Shown here: in pieces, positions 7,968 to 17,900 of the stretch
Layout: each line of letters opens with the position of its first letter
Position numbering within the stretch: the stretch's first letter is position 1
Virus record (IMG/VR): IMGVR_UViG_3300032296_000793
Coordinates: 1-31,552 of that record
Strand: one strand, 5' to 3'
Length of the DNA stretch: 31,552 nucleotides
DNA from: a virus
Lineage: Duplodnaviria; Caudoviricetes
Program-made: the position numbers and the translations under genes
Notes under the pieces: model-generated
What the model was told of the DNA's origin: nothing
The model's database searches: none
The model's input: only the letters and a program-made list of their open reading frames with translations

Positions 7968-8519
7968 GTGAACGCAAATAAACTCGATAAGTCATTGACT
8001 GAACTGATGCCGGTGTGGCGAAGGTTCGCTCGTGGCCTCGTCAAGAATACCGTCAACGGCGACGACTTGCTGCAGGAAACGCTACTCAAGTGCATGGAGA
8101 ACCAAGGAGCCAAAATGCATGAACTCGCGCAATCAGGTCACCTCTTCACATACGTCAACCGATGCCTCTACACGATGGCTATTGATTCATCAAGCCGATA
8201 CGGCATGAAGTACCGGAAGTTCGCGACTGGATGGGACACGTTCTCAACTCAACACGAGAAGGAACCGGAGCAGCCATGGCTCGGAAGTCGCATCGACAAC
8301 GAGTACCTCGACGCATATATCTCCTTGATGCCGGACATTGACGCCATCATGCTGCGTCTCTACATCATGGACGACTTCTCCTATCAAAAGGTGAGTGAAC
8401 ACACCGGCATTCCCATCAAATACCTATATAAACGGGTCGAAAAGGCCATAAAAAAGATAAGAACTAATGTCACTAAACGTCCCTCCTGCCATACGGATGA
8501 AGAGATACGACCTATGTAA
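7968..8519 (+). CDS. ECF-like sigma factor (probable late-gene activator)
   Basis: Region 2 DDLLQETLLK and region 4 FSYQKVSEHTGIPIKYLYKRVEKAIKKIR; GTG 7968 chosen because it lies downstream of the promoter. Confidence 0.8.
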   Translation: MNANKLDKSLTELMPVWRRFARGLVKNTVNGDDLLQETLLKCMENQGAKMHELAQSGHLFTYVNRCLYTMAIDSSSRYGMKYRKFATGWDTFSTQHEKEPEQPWLGSRIDNEYLDAYISLMPDIDAIMLRLYIMDDFSYQKVSEHTGIPIKYLYKRVEKAIKKIRTNVTKRPSCHTDEEIRPM

Positions 8520-8934
8520 GTCGTGCAAGTACTTCAAGGCAACCACACGATCATGCGGAACGCTCCGGATATTCAAGCCACTCGGTGAGAAGATAACCAT
8601 CCAAGAGCAACTCCACAACGAAGAGGCTGAACAGAAGAACCAAGTCACCTACTATCGTCGCAAGGTCACCCTCTGCGGATGCGTCATGCCTCTCAAGACA
8701 TGGCTCAAAGGTGCAGAGTGTCCAATAGGAAAGTGGTCAAGTGAACTATCGAGGGAAGAAGTCGAGGAACTCCGTTTATTCTTGCAGTCACTACCGAACA
8801 CGATAAGCGACACCGAGATGCAAACAAGAATACTGAAGTGGTACAATAAACTCGCCCCCAATGGCCACAAGCTTACTTGTGCATCGTGCAATGTCCCAAC
8901 AATGGTCAAAGAACTACGTAAGCAAGTACTATGA
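8467..8934 (+). CDS. Cys-rich putative zinc-binding protein
   Basis: RYDLCKSC...CGT...CGCVMPLKT...CPIGKW...TCASC. Confidence 0.75.
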   Translation: MSLNVPPAIRMKRYDLCKSCKYFKATTRSCGTLRIFKPLGEKITIQEQLHNEEAEQKNQVTYYRRKVTLCGCVMPLKTWLKGAECPIGKWSSELSREEVEELRLFLQSLPNTISDTEMQTRILKWYNKLAPNGHKLTCASCNVPTMVKELRKQVL

Positions 8935-9272
8935 TGGCTAAAGTATTCCCATTCCATATCTTCCTCGCGGCGGTCTCGTTTGACTACGATGGTGTCCTCT
9001 CGACTAAAAAGGGTAAAGAGATGGCAAAGAACCACCTCACGCAAGGGGATAAAGTTTATATCATCACCGCTCGGCAGAAAGATGACTCCAGTGCAGTATA
9101 CAATACCGCTAAAGAACTCGGAATACCGCGATCGCAAGTCGTATTCACCGAAGGTCGAGACAAGTGGACATATGTCAAGCGTCGAAAGATGGATATCCAC
9201 TACGATAACAATCCCGAACAAGTCCAAAAGATAAACGAGAAGACAATAACACGAGGCCGACTATTCAAATGA
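8931..9272 (+). CDS. Minimal HAD-superfamily phosphatase
   Basis: Motif I FDYDGV, II ITAR, III K, IV HYDNN. Confidence 0.85.
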   Translation: MMAKVFPFHIFLAAVSFDYDGVLSTKKGKEMAKNHLTQGDKVYIITARQKDDSSAVYNTAKELGIPRSQVVFTEGRDKWTYVKRRKMDIHYDNNPEQVQKINEKTITRGRLFK

Positions 9273-9364
9273 CTACATATATATCCATATCAATCCTATC
9301 CGCACTACTCGTATTCCTCGGATACGTGATAGTCGATACCATTAACCAAGTAAAAGACAAGTAA
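9269..9364 (+). CDS. 31-aa single-TM peptide
   Basis: MTTYISISILSALLVFLGYVIVDTINQVKDK; coupled at both ends (ATGA, TAATG). Confidence 0.55.
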   Translation: MTTYISISILSALLVFLGYVIVDTINQVKDK

Positions 9365-9510
9365 TGCCCATACCCGAACCAACAACCGACGAACAACAAA
9401 GCGACTTCATTGGTCGATGCATGGCCGATGATAAGATGCTACTTGAATACCCGGACTCAAAGCAGAGGTATTCGATATGTCAAATGAAGTGGGATAGTAA
9501 AAAGCAATAA
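9364..9510 (+). CDS. Small phage protein (MPIP..FIGRCM..QRYSIC)
   Basis: Manual translation, 48 aa, fills the gap to terS exactly. Confidence 0.7.
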   Translation: MPIPEPTTDEQQSDFIGRCMADDKMLLEYPDSKQRYSICQMKWDSKKQ

Positions 9511-9511
9511 C

Positions 9512-9850
9512 ATGAGTAACAAGAGTAACAACAAAAAAGAGGCTATGCTGGAGGCACTTGAGAAGAGCCTCGGTGTAGTTACTACTGCGGCAGATATGGT
9601 CGGTATCAACCGGAAGTCACACTACGATTGGTACAACAATGACCCCGAATACAAGGCCGCAGTCGATGAATTGAAGGATGTCGCACTCGACTTCGCGGTC
9701 ACGGCTCTATACAAGTTGATTGAGAAGGGTGATACTGCGGCCACTATCTTCTACTGTAAGACCCAAGGCAAGAAGCGTGGATATATCGAACGTCAGGAAC
9801 TTACCGGTGAGGAGGGTCAACCTATCATCCAAATAGCGAAGAACCTATAA
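9512..9850 (+). CDS. terS: Terminase small subunit
   Basis: HTH ALEKSLGVVTTAA...HYDWYNNDPEY; AATIFYCKTQGKKRGYIERQE. Confidence 0.8.
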   Translation: MSNKSNNKKEAMLEALEKSLGVVTTAADMVGINRKSHYDWYNNDPEYKAAVDELKDVALDFAVTALYKLIEKGDTAATIFYCKTQGKKRGYIERQELTGEEGQPIIQIAKNL

Positions 9851-9859
9851 CACATACAC

Positions 9860-10450
9860 ATGAAGTTCAAACTACCTAAAGATTACGGCGATATCACACT
9901 GCGGCAGATGGTCGCATTCATGGAGGCGAAGACCCAAGTTCAACAACTCATGGCCATCACGGGGTTCCCTCAACTCCATGTGATGGACTTCAAGCAGAAG
10001 GAGTCCGACCTCGTGGTTGAGTCATTCTCTGCCGCATCGAACATCGGCACTCCACGACACGAGCAGACCTTCCTTGTTGAGGGTATGCGCCTCGGATTCA
10101 TTCCGGACATGGATGCTCTCTCACTTCGTGAGTACATCGACCTCGACTCGTATGCAAAGGAGATATGGAAGGGTGGCGATGTGGTCAACTACAAGTACCT
10201 ACCGGACCTGCTCTGCATATTATTCCGACCGGTCAACTCGATGCTGGGTGAGTACTACGACATCGACCCCTACAACGTGGATAGACTTCCACGCTACAAG
10301 CGGTATATTGAGTCGATGACCATGGATCGTGTGAACGGTGCCTTGGTTTTTTTTTCGACTTTACTAAGCGACTTAATAGTCAGTTCATTGGACTATTTGG
10401 AGCAGGAGATGAGGACGAAGATGGAGACCCTTCAACACCAAGCGGTTTAG
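9860..10450 (+). CDS. Tail assembly chaperone (gpG-like, zero-frame product)
   Basis: DITLRQ...GFIPD..LSLREYIDLD...ILFRP...GALVFFST with a T9 slippery run. Confidence 0.75.
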   Translation: MKFKLPKDYGDITLRQMVAFMEAKTQVQQLMAITGFPQLHVMDFKQKESDLVVESFSAASNIGTPRHEQTFLVEGMRLGFIPDMDALSLREYIDLDSYAKEIWKGGDVVNYKYLPDLLCILFRPVNSMLGEYYDIDPYNVDRLPRYKRYIESMTMDRVNGALVFFSTLLSDLIVSSLDYLEQEMRTKMETLQHQAV

Positions 10451-10623
10451 GACGATGGAAGTGGATGCACATAGTGGAGTCATTGGCGAGTCGCGACATA
10501 ACGAAGTTCGATATGGTACTCGACCGAGCGGTGAAGGAGGTGTTCACACATCTATCATATATGCGCGACTACACGCAAGAAGAAAGAAGATTAATGAATC
10601 AAGCATTAAAAAGGAATGTTTAA
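10348..10623 (+). CDS. -1 frameshift extension of the tail chaperone (gpGT-like)
   Basis: T TTT TTT at 10348-10354; -1 frame open 89 codons from 10354 (FDFTKRL...WKWMHIVESLASRDITKFD..) to TAA 10623, overlapping the next ATG. Confidence 0.8.
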   Translation, partial: FFFDFTKRLNSQFIGLFGAGDEDEDGDPSTPSGLGRWKWMHIVESLASRDITKFDMVLDRAVKEVFTHLSYMRDYTQEERRLMNQALKRNV

Positions 10624-12892
10624 TCAAGTAACCTACAACGTGGTCATCGAGCGTCTACGAGCGTTCGCAGAAGGCCACTACTTAATCAACAAGTTCACTC
10701 ACGGACAAATCAGTCAAACTGACCTTGAGCAGAATTCCGTGTTTCCGTGGATGCACGTCGACCCGATACAAGTAACACCAAGCGGTGGCTCTCGTTCGTA
10801 TCAATTCGAGGTCACGTTTGCTGACTTACCACGCGATAAGGAGACTGATGCCGACTATCAAAAGGAAGCTATCAGTGACTGTATTCGCTTGTGTGAGGAC
10901 TTGCTTGCAGAGATTAAAAACGGACACGTCATCTTCCCGGATGCGGACCTCGATGAAGGGTCGACAATCACGCCATTCATCGCGGAGTATACTCACACGT
11001 TAAGCGGTGCAACCTTGACCTTCTCGATGACCTTCCCATGGAACTGGAGTGCATGTGAGATTCCTGCTGATTGGTCAGTCGGTGGTAGTGGAAGTGGTGG
11101 CGGCGGTGGTGTTCCATCTGCTCTGCTCTTGAAGGTGAACGGAGTCAACAACGTAGTGCAGAATATCCTCGACCTCGTGGAAGGAACCGGCATCAATATC
11201 ACTGACAATGGTGATGGGTCGGTCACTATCACGAACACTGGAGGCGGTGGTGGCTCGGTGGCTTGGGGTTCGATAGTTGGTACGCTATCAAGTCAAACAG
11301 ACTTACAGAATGCACTCGACCTCAAGGCAGACATCAGTTCTCTCGCGGCAGTGGCTACGAGCGGCGACTACAATGACCTCGACAACCTTCCGACTATACC
11401 TACCCTCACGAGTCAACTGACCAACGATAGCGGATTCATCACGATTGGTGATGTGCCTGCGCAGGTCAATGCGGATTGGAACTCGACAAGTGGGGTGAGT
11501 GAGATATTGAACAAGCCGACCATTCCTGCCGCTCAAGTCAATAGTGATTGGAATGCAGTTAGTGGTGTGGCAGAGATACTCAACAAGCCAACTATACCTG
11601 CGGCGCAGATTCAAAGTGATTGGACGCAGACGAACACATCGGCTCTCGACTACATCAAGAACAAACCTACGCTTCCTGCCACGATAGGTGATATGCTCAA
11701 GTCAACATATGATACCGACAACGATGGCGTAGTTGACTTCGCTGAAGCTTTGAAGACTGAAGTGCGCAACTCAACGGGTGCGACCTTGCGCAAGGGTTAT
11801 ATCATCTACTTGTCGGGGTCAACGGGAAACCTTCCGAATGCAGTACTCGCCCAAGCAAATAATGATGCGAATAGTGCGCAGACATTCGGCGTGGTATACG
11901 AGGACATCGCGAACAACTCGGACGGATATGTCATCACCTTGGGTCAAATAAACACGCTTGATACTCGCACGACTGCGACTCATCCATTCACGGCAGACAC
12001 GCTCGTTGATGGAGACGTTCTCTACTTGTCACCGACAACTGCAGGATGGGTGACACGCATCAAGCCGCAGGCTCCCGAACACATCGTATATGTGGGCATG
12101 GTGGTTCGTACTTCACCGACGAACGGGACCATCCAGTATCGAATCCAAAACGGCTACGAACTCGATGAGATTCATGACGTCCGCATCATCTCACCGGCGA
12201 CAAGTGAAGTGTTGATGTACAACTTAGCGACTGACCTTTGGTTGAATACTGCATTGAAGGACACGCACATTGGTAACACGTCAACCGTCTCCGGCACTAC
12301 TGTCCAAGATGCACTCACAAACTTGAATAGTGGCAAGCAAGCGACCCTCACAAGTGGGTCAAACATCAAGACTATCAACTCCACATCACTCCTTGGTAGC
12401 GGTGATGTCGCAGTCCAAGCGACCCTCGTATCCGGAACCAATATCAAGACCATCAACTCAACATCGATTCTCGGTTCGGGTAACATCACGACTGCGGCGC
12501 AGGATAGCATCTCACTCATCAACAACGTAGCGGTCACTCTCGGTACATCCACCACATCATTCGTTTCGTTCTGCGCATTCACGACGAATAGCGTGGAAGC
12601 TTCACGTCAAGTCATCATTCCGATTGCAGGTACTATCAAGAACCTCTACGTGTTGACTGCGACCACTCAATCAGCCAACAACTCGCAAGTGTGCACGGTG
12701 CGCAAGAATGGAGCAAGTACGGCTATCACGACAACCATTCCTGCAAGTGCGGCGGCAGGTACGTTCTCGGACACTACGAATTCAGTATCAGTTGCGGCAG
12801 GTGACCGACTCTCGCTCCAAGTGCAGAACAACGCCGCGAGTGGAACGGCGGCGCAAATAGTATCAGTAGCAATAATCATCGAACGATCATAA
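10616..12892 (+). CDS. Tail terminator-like domain fused to a fibre/adhesin
   Basis: About 150-aa N-domain (FPWMHV...CEIP), Gly linker, QVNxDW..ILNKPTI and SGxNIKTIN repeats, beta-rich C-terminus. Confidence 0.7.
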   Translation: MFNQVTYNVVIERLRAFAEGHYLINKFTHGQISQTDLEQNSVFPWMHVDPIQVTPSGGSRSYQFEVTFADLPRDKETDADYQKEAISDCIRLCEDLLAEIKNGHVIFPDADLDEGSTITPFIAEYTHTLSGATLTFSMTFPWNWSACEIPADWSVGGSGSGGGGGVPSALLLKVNGVNNVVQNILDLVEGTGINITDNGDGSVTITNTGGGGGSVAWGSIVGTLSSQTDLQNALDLKADISSLAAVATSGDYNDLDNLPTIPTLTSQLTNDSGFITIGDVPAQVNADWNSTSGVSEILNKPTIPAAQVNSDWNAVSGVAEILNKPTIPAAQIQSDWTQTNTSALDYIKNKPTLPATIGDMLKSTYDTDNDGVVDFAEALKTEVRNSTGATLRKGYIIYLSGSTGNLPNAVLAQANNDANSAQTFGVVYEDIANNSDGYVITLGQINTLDTRTTATHPFTADTLVDGDVLYLSPTTAGWVTRIKPQAPEHIVYVGMVVRTSPTNGTIQYRIQNGYELDEIHDVRIISPATSEVLMYNLATDLWLNTALKDTHIGNTSTVSGTTVQDALTNLNSGKQATLTSGSNIKTINSTSLLGSGDVAVQATLVSGTNIKTINSTSILGSGNITTAAQDSISLINNVAVTLGTSTTSFVSFCAFTTNSVEASRQVIIPIAGTIKNLYVLTATTQSANNSQVCTVRKNGASTAITTTIPASAAAGTFSDTTNSVSVAAGDRLSLQVQNNAASGTAAQIVSVAIIIERS
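11456..11677 (+). repeat. Three tandem ~24-aa fibre repeats (AQVNxDWN...ILNKPTIP)
   Basis: Visible in protein and DNA. Confidence 0.85.
12338..12490 (+). repeat. Two tandem 26-aa repeats (QATLxSGxNIKTINSTSxLGSG)
   Basis: 78-nt period near-duplication. Confidence 0.85.
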
Positions 12893-13152
12893 TGAAAACA
12901 ATACAACCAATCAACGTGTGGGTCGATGGAGTCACTACGCAAGCGACTCAACTGACCCTCTTCATCACATTCGACAACCTCGAAACCGAAGCCGTGTTCG
13001 AATACCACTTGAGTGACGACAACGCTACATCACTTGTCAAGGGTTCGTTCACAATCGGTGATGGAGATTACCAACTATGGGGTCAGTCACTCGACGCGAA
13101 CACCGATGCCTACAACTATGCGGCGGCATTGCTTAACCTTACCTTCGTCTAA
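12892..13152 (+). CDS. Small fibre-associated protein
   Basis: 86 aa, TAATG-coupled to the fibre gene. Confidence 0.65.
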   Translation: MKTIQPINVWVDGVTTQATQLTLFITFDNLETEAVFEYHLSDDNATSLVKGSFTIGDGDYQLWGQSLDANTDAYNYAAALLNLTFV

Positions 13153-13691
13153 TGGCTAAACTCTCCACATTTCGCGAGAAACTCGACGCAATGGGTGCAG
13201 AGGTCATTGCTGAAGCGAAGAAGAACCTCCAAAAGCCTCGTAATATTCGCGGTCGCACGACGAATCGTGTGGCTACGGGTAAGTTGCGCGACTCATTAAC
13301 CTTCGGATACTGGAAGAGGGGCGATATGATTGTGCAATGGTATGGTACTAACGACAAACAAGTTCGCCAATACGCTGATGTTATAGAGAAAGGTCGTCGT
13401 AAGGGAGCAACTCCACCACCCATCGAACCAATTATGAAGTGGATGCGTGTCCGAAAGATAAAGGTCCGTGATAGCAAGGGTAGATTCACGGAAAAAAACG
13501 ATGCGAATATGCGTTTCGCGGCTCGTAAAATCTCCAAGGCTATCGGACGCAATGGTATCAAGGGTATCAACTATATGAGTCAAGCGTTTGATAAGGTCTT
13601 CAAGAAGCATAAAAAGGCACTTGGTCTTGCGATGCAGATAGATTTTCTCAATGAATTCCGTTTAATGAGTGATAAATACTTGAATAAGTAA
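13152..13691 (+). CDS. Tail completion/neck protein (HK97 gp10-like)
   Basis: Basic; ATGKLRDSL, EKGRRKG..PP...IMKW..., IGRNGIK pattern. Confidence 0.65.
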   Translation: MAKLSTFREKLDAMGAEVIAEAKKNLQKPRNIRGRTTNRVATGKLRDSLTFGYWKRGDMIVQWYGTNDKQVRQYADVIEKGRRKGATPPPIEPIMKWMRVRKIKVRDSKGRFTEKNDANMRFAARKISKAIGRNGIKGINYMSQAFDKVFKKHKKALGLAMQIDFLNEFRLMSDKYLNK

Positions 13692-14965
13692 TGGCTATAA
13701 CAATAACCGACCAACCATACGCACTCACCCCACGAGGGCAGAAGTTGATGATTATCGCATCGAGCGACAACGTAGCGAACGATGGTTTCAAATACGTAGT
13801 GAACGTGACTGACTCCGCGACGAGTAAGGTGTACACGTTCCTGCTTGCGCCATATAACGACGACTTATGTTACTATGATATGCAGAGCGTTGTCAACTTG
13901 GCAAATGAAGAAACGAGCATCGACCATACTGCGTTCACTCAACAAAATGAGCCACTCGGTAAAGGCATCAATGAGTATATCGTCGACATCAGCGAAGGAT
14001 GGATAGTGGCAGGAGTATTCACTAACCAAGGCGGCAACGCATCGACTACTATCAAGTGCATCAATGCGTACTATCAAGCGACGAATGGATACAAGCCGAA
14101 CGTAGATAATGGTACGGCTCCGCTTGGATTCTCTTTGACCTCTGCAAATGCGAGAGCGTGGACTGACCGATTCAATACAACCCATATCAATCGCAACAAT
14201 ACTCCGCTCAATATCGCGCCGAATGCGAACTATGTCTACGTTCCTGCATACGATAACGATTATGGTTTGCTATGTGGGTCAAGAACTGACCTATTGAGTA
14301 CATCAACTGCAACTCGTGTGCGATTCGTGATGTATGATGTGAACAATACACTACTCGCTCAATACACGCTCAACCTATCAAGCAATGATATGTGTCACGT
14401 AGGTGTCTATCCGATGAACTTGGAAGATGGTGCGCCTGCGGTAAAGCCTTCACTCAACCCAACGTGGGCATACTACGCGGTCGTGTTCGCTGACTCGTCA
14501 AACAATCCGAAGTCGCAGACATACATATTCTATCGCGCATCGGTATATGGCAACAATGACTGCAAGTACACTCCAGTGCGCCTCGCTTGGGTCGGTTCTC
14601 GAAGCGGATGGGAGTACTTCAACTTCATCAAGAAATCAACCAAGACATATCAAATCGATCGCAAGAGATATCGTCAAGTCTTATGGAATAAAACCACTTC
14701 GATATTCACTCCATCGAGTCGCGGTCTCACCGAATTCTCCAATATCACGAAACTCAACTACAAGTTAACGAGTGATTGGATAAGTGAGGGTGAGTTCACC
14801 TATCTCAAAGGTCTTCTTGTTAGCAAGCAAGTGATGATGTTCGTCGGCACTGACCTCGTTCCCGTGGTAGTTGAAGATTCTTCTTACGTTCAGCAGACGA
14901 CCGAGGATGGAAAGCTTTACAACTTGGAACTTAACATACAACTCTCAAACGATTACTGGACATAA
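13691..14965 (+). CDS. Tail/baseplate structural protein (distal-tail-like)
   Basis: C-terminal LAWV...GWEYFNF...SDWISE...LLVS motif; position in tail module. Confidence 0.65.
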   Translation: MAITITDQPYALTPRGQKLMIIASSDNVANDGFKYVVNVTDSATSKVYTFLLAPYNDDLCYYDMQSVVNLANEETSIDHTAFTQQNEPLGKGINEYIVDISEGWIVAGVFTNQGGNASTTIKCINAYYQATNGYKPNVDNGTAPLGFSLTSANARAWTDRFNTTHINRNNTPLNIAPNANYVYVPAYDNDYGLLCGSRTDLLSTSTATRVRFVMYDVNNTLLAQYTLNLSSNDMCHVGVYPMNLEDGAPAVKPSLNPTWAYYAVVFADSSNNPKSQTYIFYRASVYGNNDCKYTPVRLAWVGSRSGWEYFNFIKKSTKTYQIDRKRYRQVLWNKTTSIFTPSSRGLTEFSNITKLNYKLTSDWISEGEFTYLKGLLVSKQVMMFVGTDLVPVVVEDSSYVQQTTEDGKLYNLELNIQLSNDYWT

Positions 14966-17900
14966 TGACTAACGATGTACAACTCATAGTGACCATAGGT
15001 GAGACAATCACCGAACCAACTACCTTCCCATCTACAAGTAGTTCCGTGGTCGATGGTCAAACGACTATCAACTTGGGGTCATTGAATCCTGCTTTTAGTT
15101 GTGCGAATCCGCAAGTGGTTATTCAAGCAGGAGCGGTCGTTAATGTTCCATCTGCTACGGGAAATTCAACCGCTAATGTTATTTCCTATGACCCGAATAC
15201 CTGCACGATTGAGGTCGATACTCCTATCTATTGGAGCGGCGTTACTCCCGTTTCTTGCGATGTTATTATTGACATAACGACCGACACAACCCAAGACTAC
15301 ATCATCGACTTATATGAGAACGAGAGCATCTCACAGAATTGGCAATTCACGGACATCAGTAGCTTCGCATCCATCGGTGCGTTCTCGCGTGAGTTTCGCA
15401 TACCTGCGAACGAGAACAACATCACTATTCTTGGAGCGTTACACGATGCAACGTATACTCCGACGACCAACTACTACACGACCAAATTACCTGCGCGAAT
15501 TATGGTCGATTCATTGCCCATCAGTACGGGTCACATTCGAGTCATTAAAGCGTATCGACAACTCGATAAAATCTGCGACTTCGAAGTCTCGTTTTATGGT
15601 GACACGCCCGACATCATTCGAACTCTTGGCGCAAGCAAATTAAAAGACCTCGACTACTCCGACATCACATCCTCTTTCATTTATGAAGATGTAACCGAGA
15701 ACAACATCGACCCGAACTTGCGGTATATACTTACCGATCGCGGTCAACGATGGAGTGAAGAAGGCGAAGCCAACACACGACAAGTTCTCAATCCTGATAC
15801 TCCCGTTTATGCAGGTGATATGACTCCAGTGATGAATGCTGGCTATCTATTGCGCAAGATATTCAACACAGCAGGATTCGAGATTGACACGACTGCAGTC
15901 GATAGTTATATTGATGCTTATTGGATTCCGTGGATAATTAATAAGTACAATGATGGTACTGACCCGAACACGCAATACAAGTTCAATCTTGGCTTGACCA
16001 ATAACATCACATCTATAACATCGGATGATGTGGTTTCACCAATGACAGCATTCATAGACTTGAATAGTGATGTGATTGGTGCGTGGTATCAAGTGCCTTT
16101 TACGGGATACTACAAGTTCAAAGTATGGGCAACGCTCCAAGATAATCCACCCGTAGTTGGGCCGAATGGAGTCATCGGAATTCAACTTCGCTCAAATTCG
16201 GTGATGGCTGATGCAGGCTCGCAACCTATCGCAGTGCAAAATTTATTTTGGAATCGCACGCTTGTACCAACCGCGAATGTTCAGTATACGACCGAGTCCA
16301 TACTACTCACGCAAGGCACGTATGTCTATCAAAAAATCTTTACCGACCACGTTGGTCACGTGATTCTTGCAGACGCATTGAACAATCCTAACTATGGTAC
16401 TGGATTCGAACTTGTGGAATTCAGCGGCGCACTATATGGAAATGCATTTAACGCAAACGTGAACGCTCCCGATATTAAGCAAGTCGACTACGTTCGCGAC
16501 ATCATCACGATGCATCAACTCGCTTTCGTACCCGACCCAAACATCCCGAAGAAAGCAATGGTTGTGCCTATGGTCGACTACATCGGAAGCGGAACGAGTG
16601 AAGACTGGACAAATAAACTCGATACTGAAAAGGACATCACGATCGCGCCAACGACCGACTATCAAAGTAGAGATATCATCTTCTCGTATAAGTCAGGCGG
16701 TGACATCGCAAATCAACTCTATCAAGCCAAGAATCGTATCTATGGTGATTATAAAATCAACGGCTACACTACCGCTGAAGGCGAAGTGCCCAACGAGTTC
16801 GCGCAAGGTGAATTAAAAGTTGAATTGACTGCGGAATCAACGCCGTGCAATTACATCAAAGGAACGGGTATTGTCGTACCGAAGTTCGTGAATGATAAAG
16901 GTGAATTCGTAGTGCCGAATTTACGCTTCTTGTTTCTTGCAGGTACGGCAGAGATTCAACTCTACGATGAACAAGCGGATGTTGTTGCTTTGACCGAGGT
17001 CTATCTCGGCAACCATTACTCGACCATCAACGCATCAGTAGCCGATTACGACCTCAACTTCGCGCCCGAAACTCCATTGCATAGCATATTATCGAATCCA
17101 TATAATAACCTTTTCAACCTATTCTATCGGTCATATATGAATGAAATCTACTCGCCCGAATGTCGAGTAATGACTGCGTTCTTTAACCTTGATTTGACCG
17201 ACATATTATCGTTCTCGTTTGCGAACAAGTATTACATCAAGGATTCATACTGGAGGGTTCTTTCTATCAACGACTACAAGGTCGGAATGGGTGAGACAAC
17301 TCAAGTCACGCTCATCAAGTTAGTGAATCGATATGCCGATTGCGCGATGATTCCCGATGGCCAAGATGAGGATGGTATCATTCAATTCGTGGACTTCGAC
17401 GGCAATCCTGTTGAAGGCACTCAACCGTGTTGTGTTCGATATGGATATTCTTGGTCAACTGAACTCAATGGATGCATTGAACTGCAAACGAGCGACGACA
17501 ACCCATTCCCAACGGGCGAAGCGAAAGCAATGCTCCTTGCATCCAGTGCGCCAACGAATGCACTCACTCAACTCGCAGGTTCGAATATCGCAAAGAGCAA
17601 CTCGTTCAGTGTGTTTGCAGGTAGCAACATCACAATCGAAGATGGTAATGAGCGAATGATTGCGGTAGGTGATACGATGAACGCCATCGAGACGCTTGCA
17701 TCACCTGCTATGTTCGGTCGAAATGTAATGACTCGGTCGGGAGGTCTGCACATAGGTGGTGGATGGTTAGGTGATGACCGCACTATGTCGCTTGGTCAGT
17801 CGCAAATGGGTATCATTCCGCACGGAGCAGATGGCTCTTGGTCATCAAGTGGAACAAGCATTGCACTTGTTCGCGATAATCTCAAGAACACGTTTCTCAA

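Noticed and set aside
7910-8113. Extended HTH ORF overlapping the sigma gene antisense (and sigma start at 7908)
   Set aside because: Promoter positions place the real starts at 7909 (-) and about 7968 (+).
11456-12490. Fibre repeats as DGR template/variable repeats
   Set aside because: They are tandem in-frame protein repeats, the differences are not adenine-specific, and there is no reverse transcriptase.
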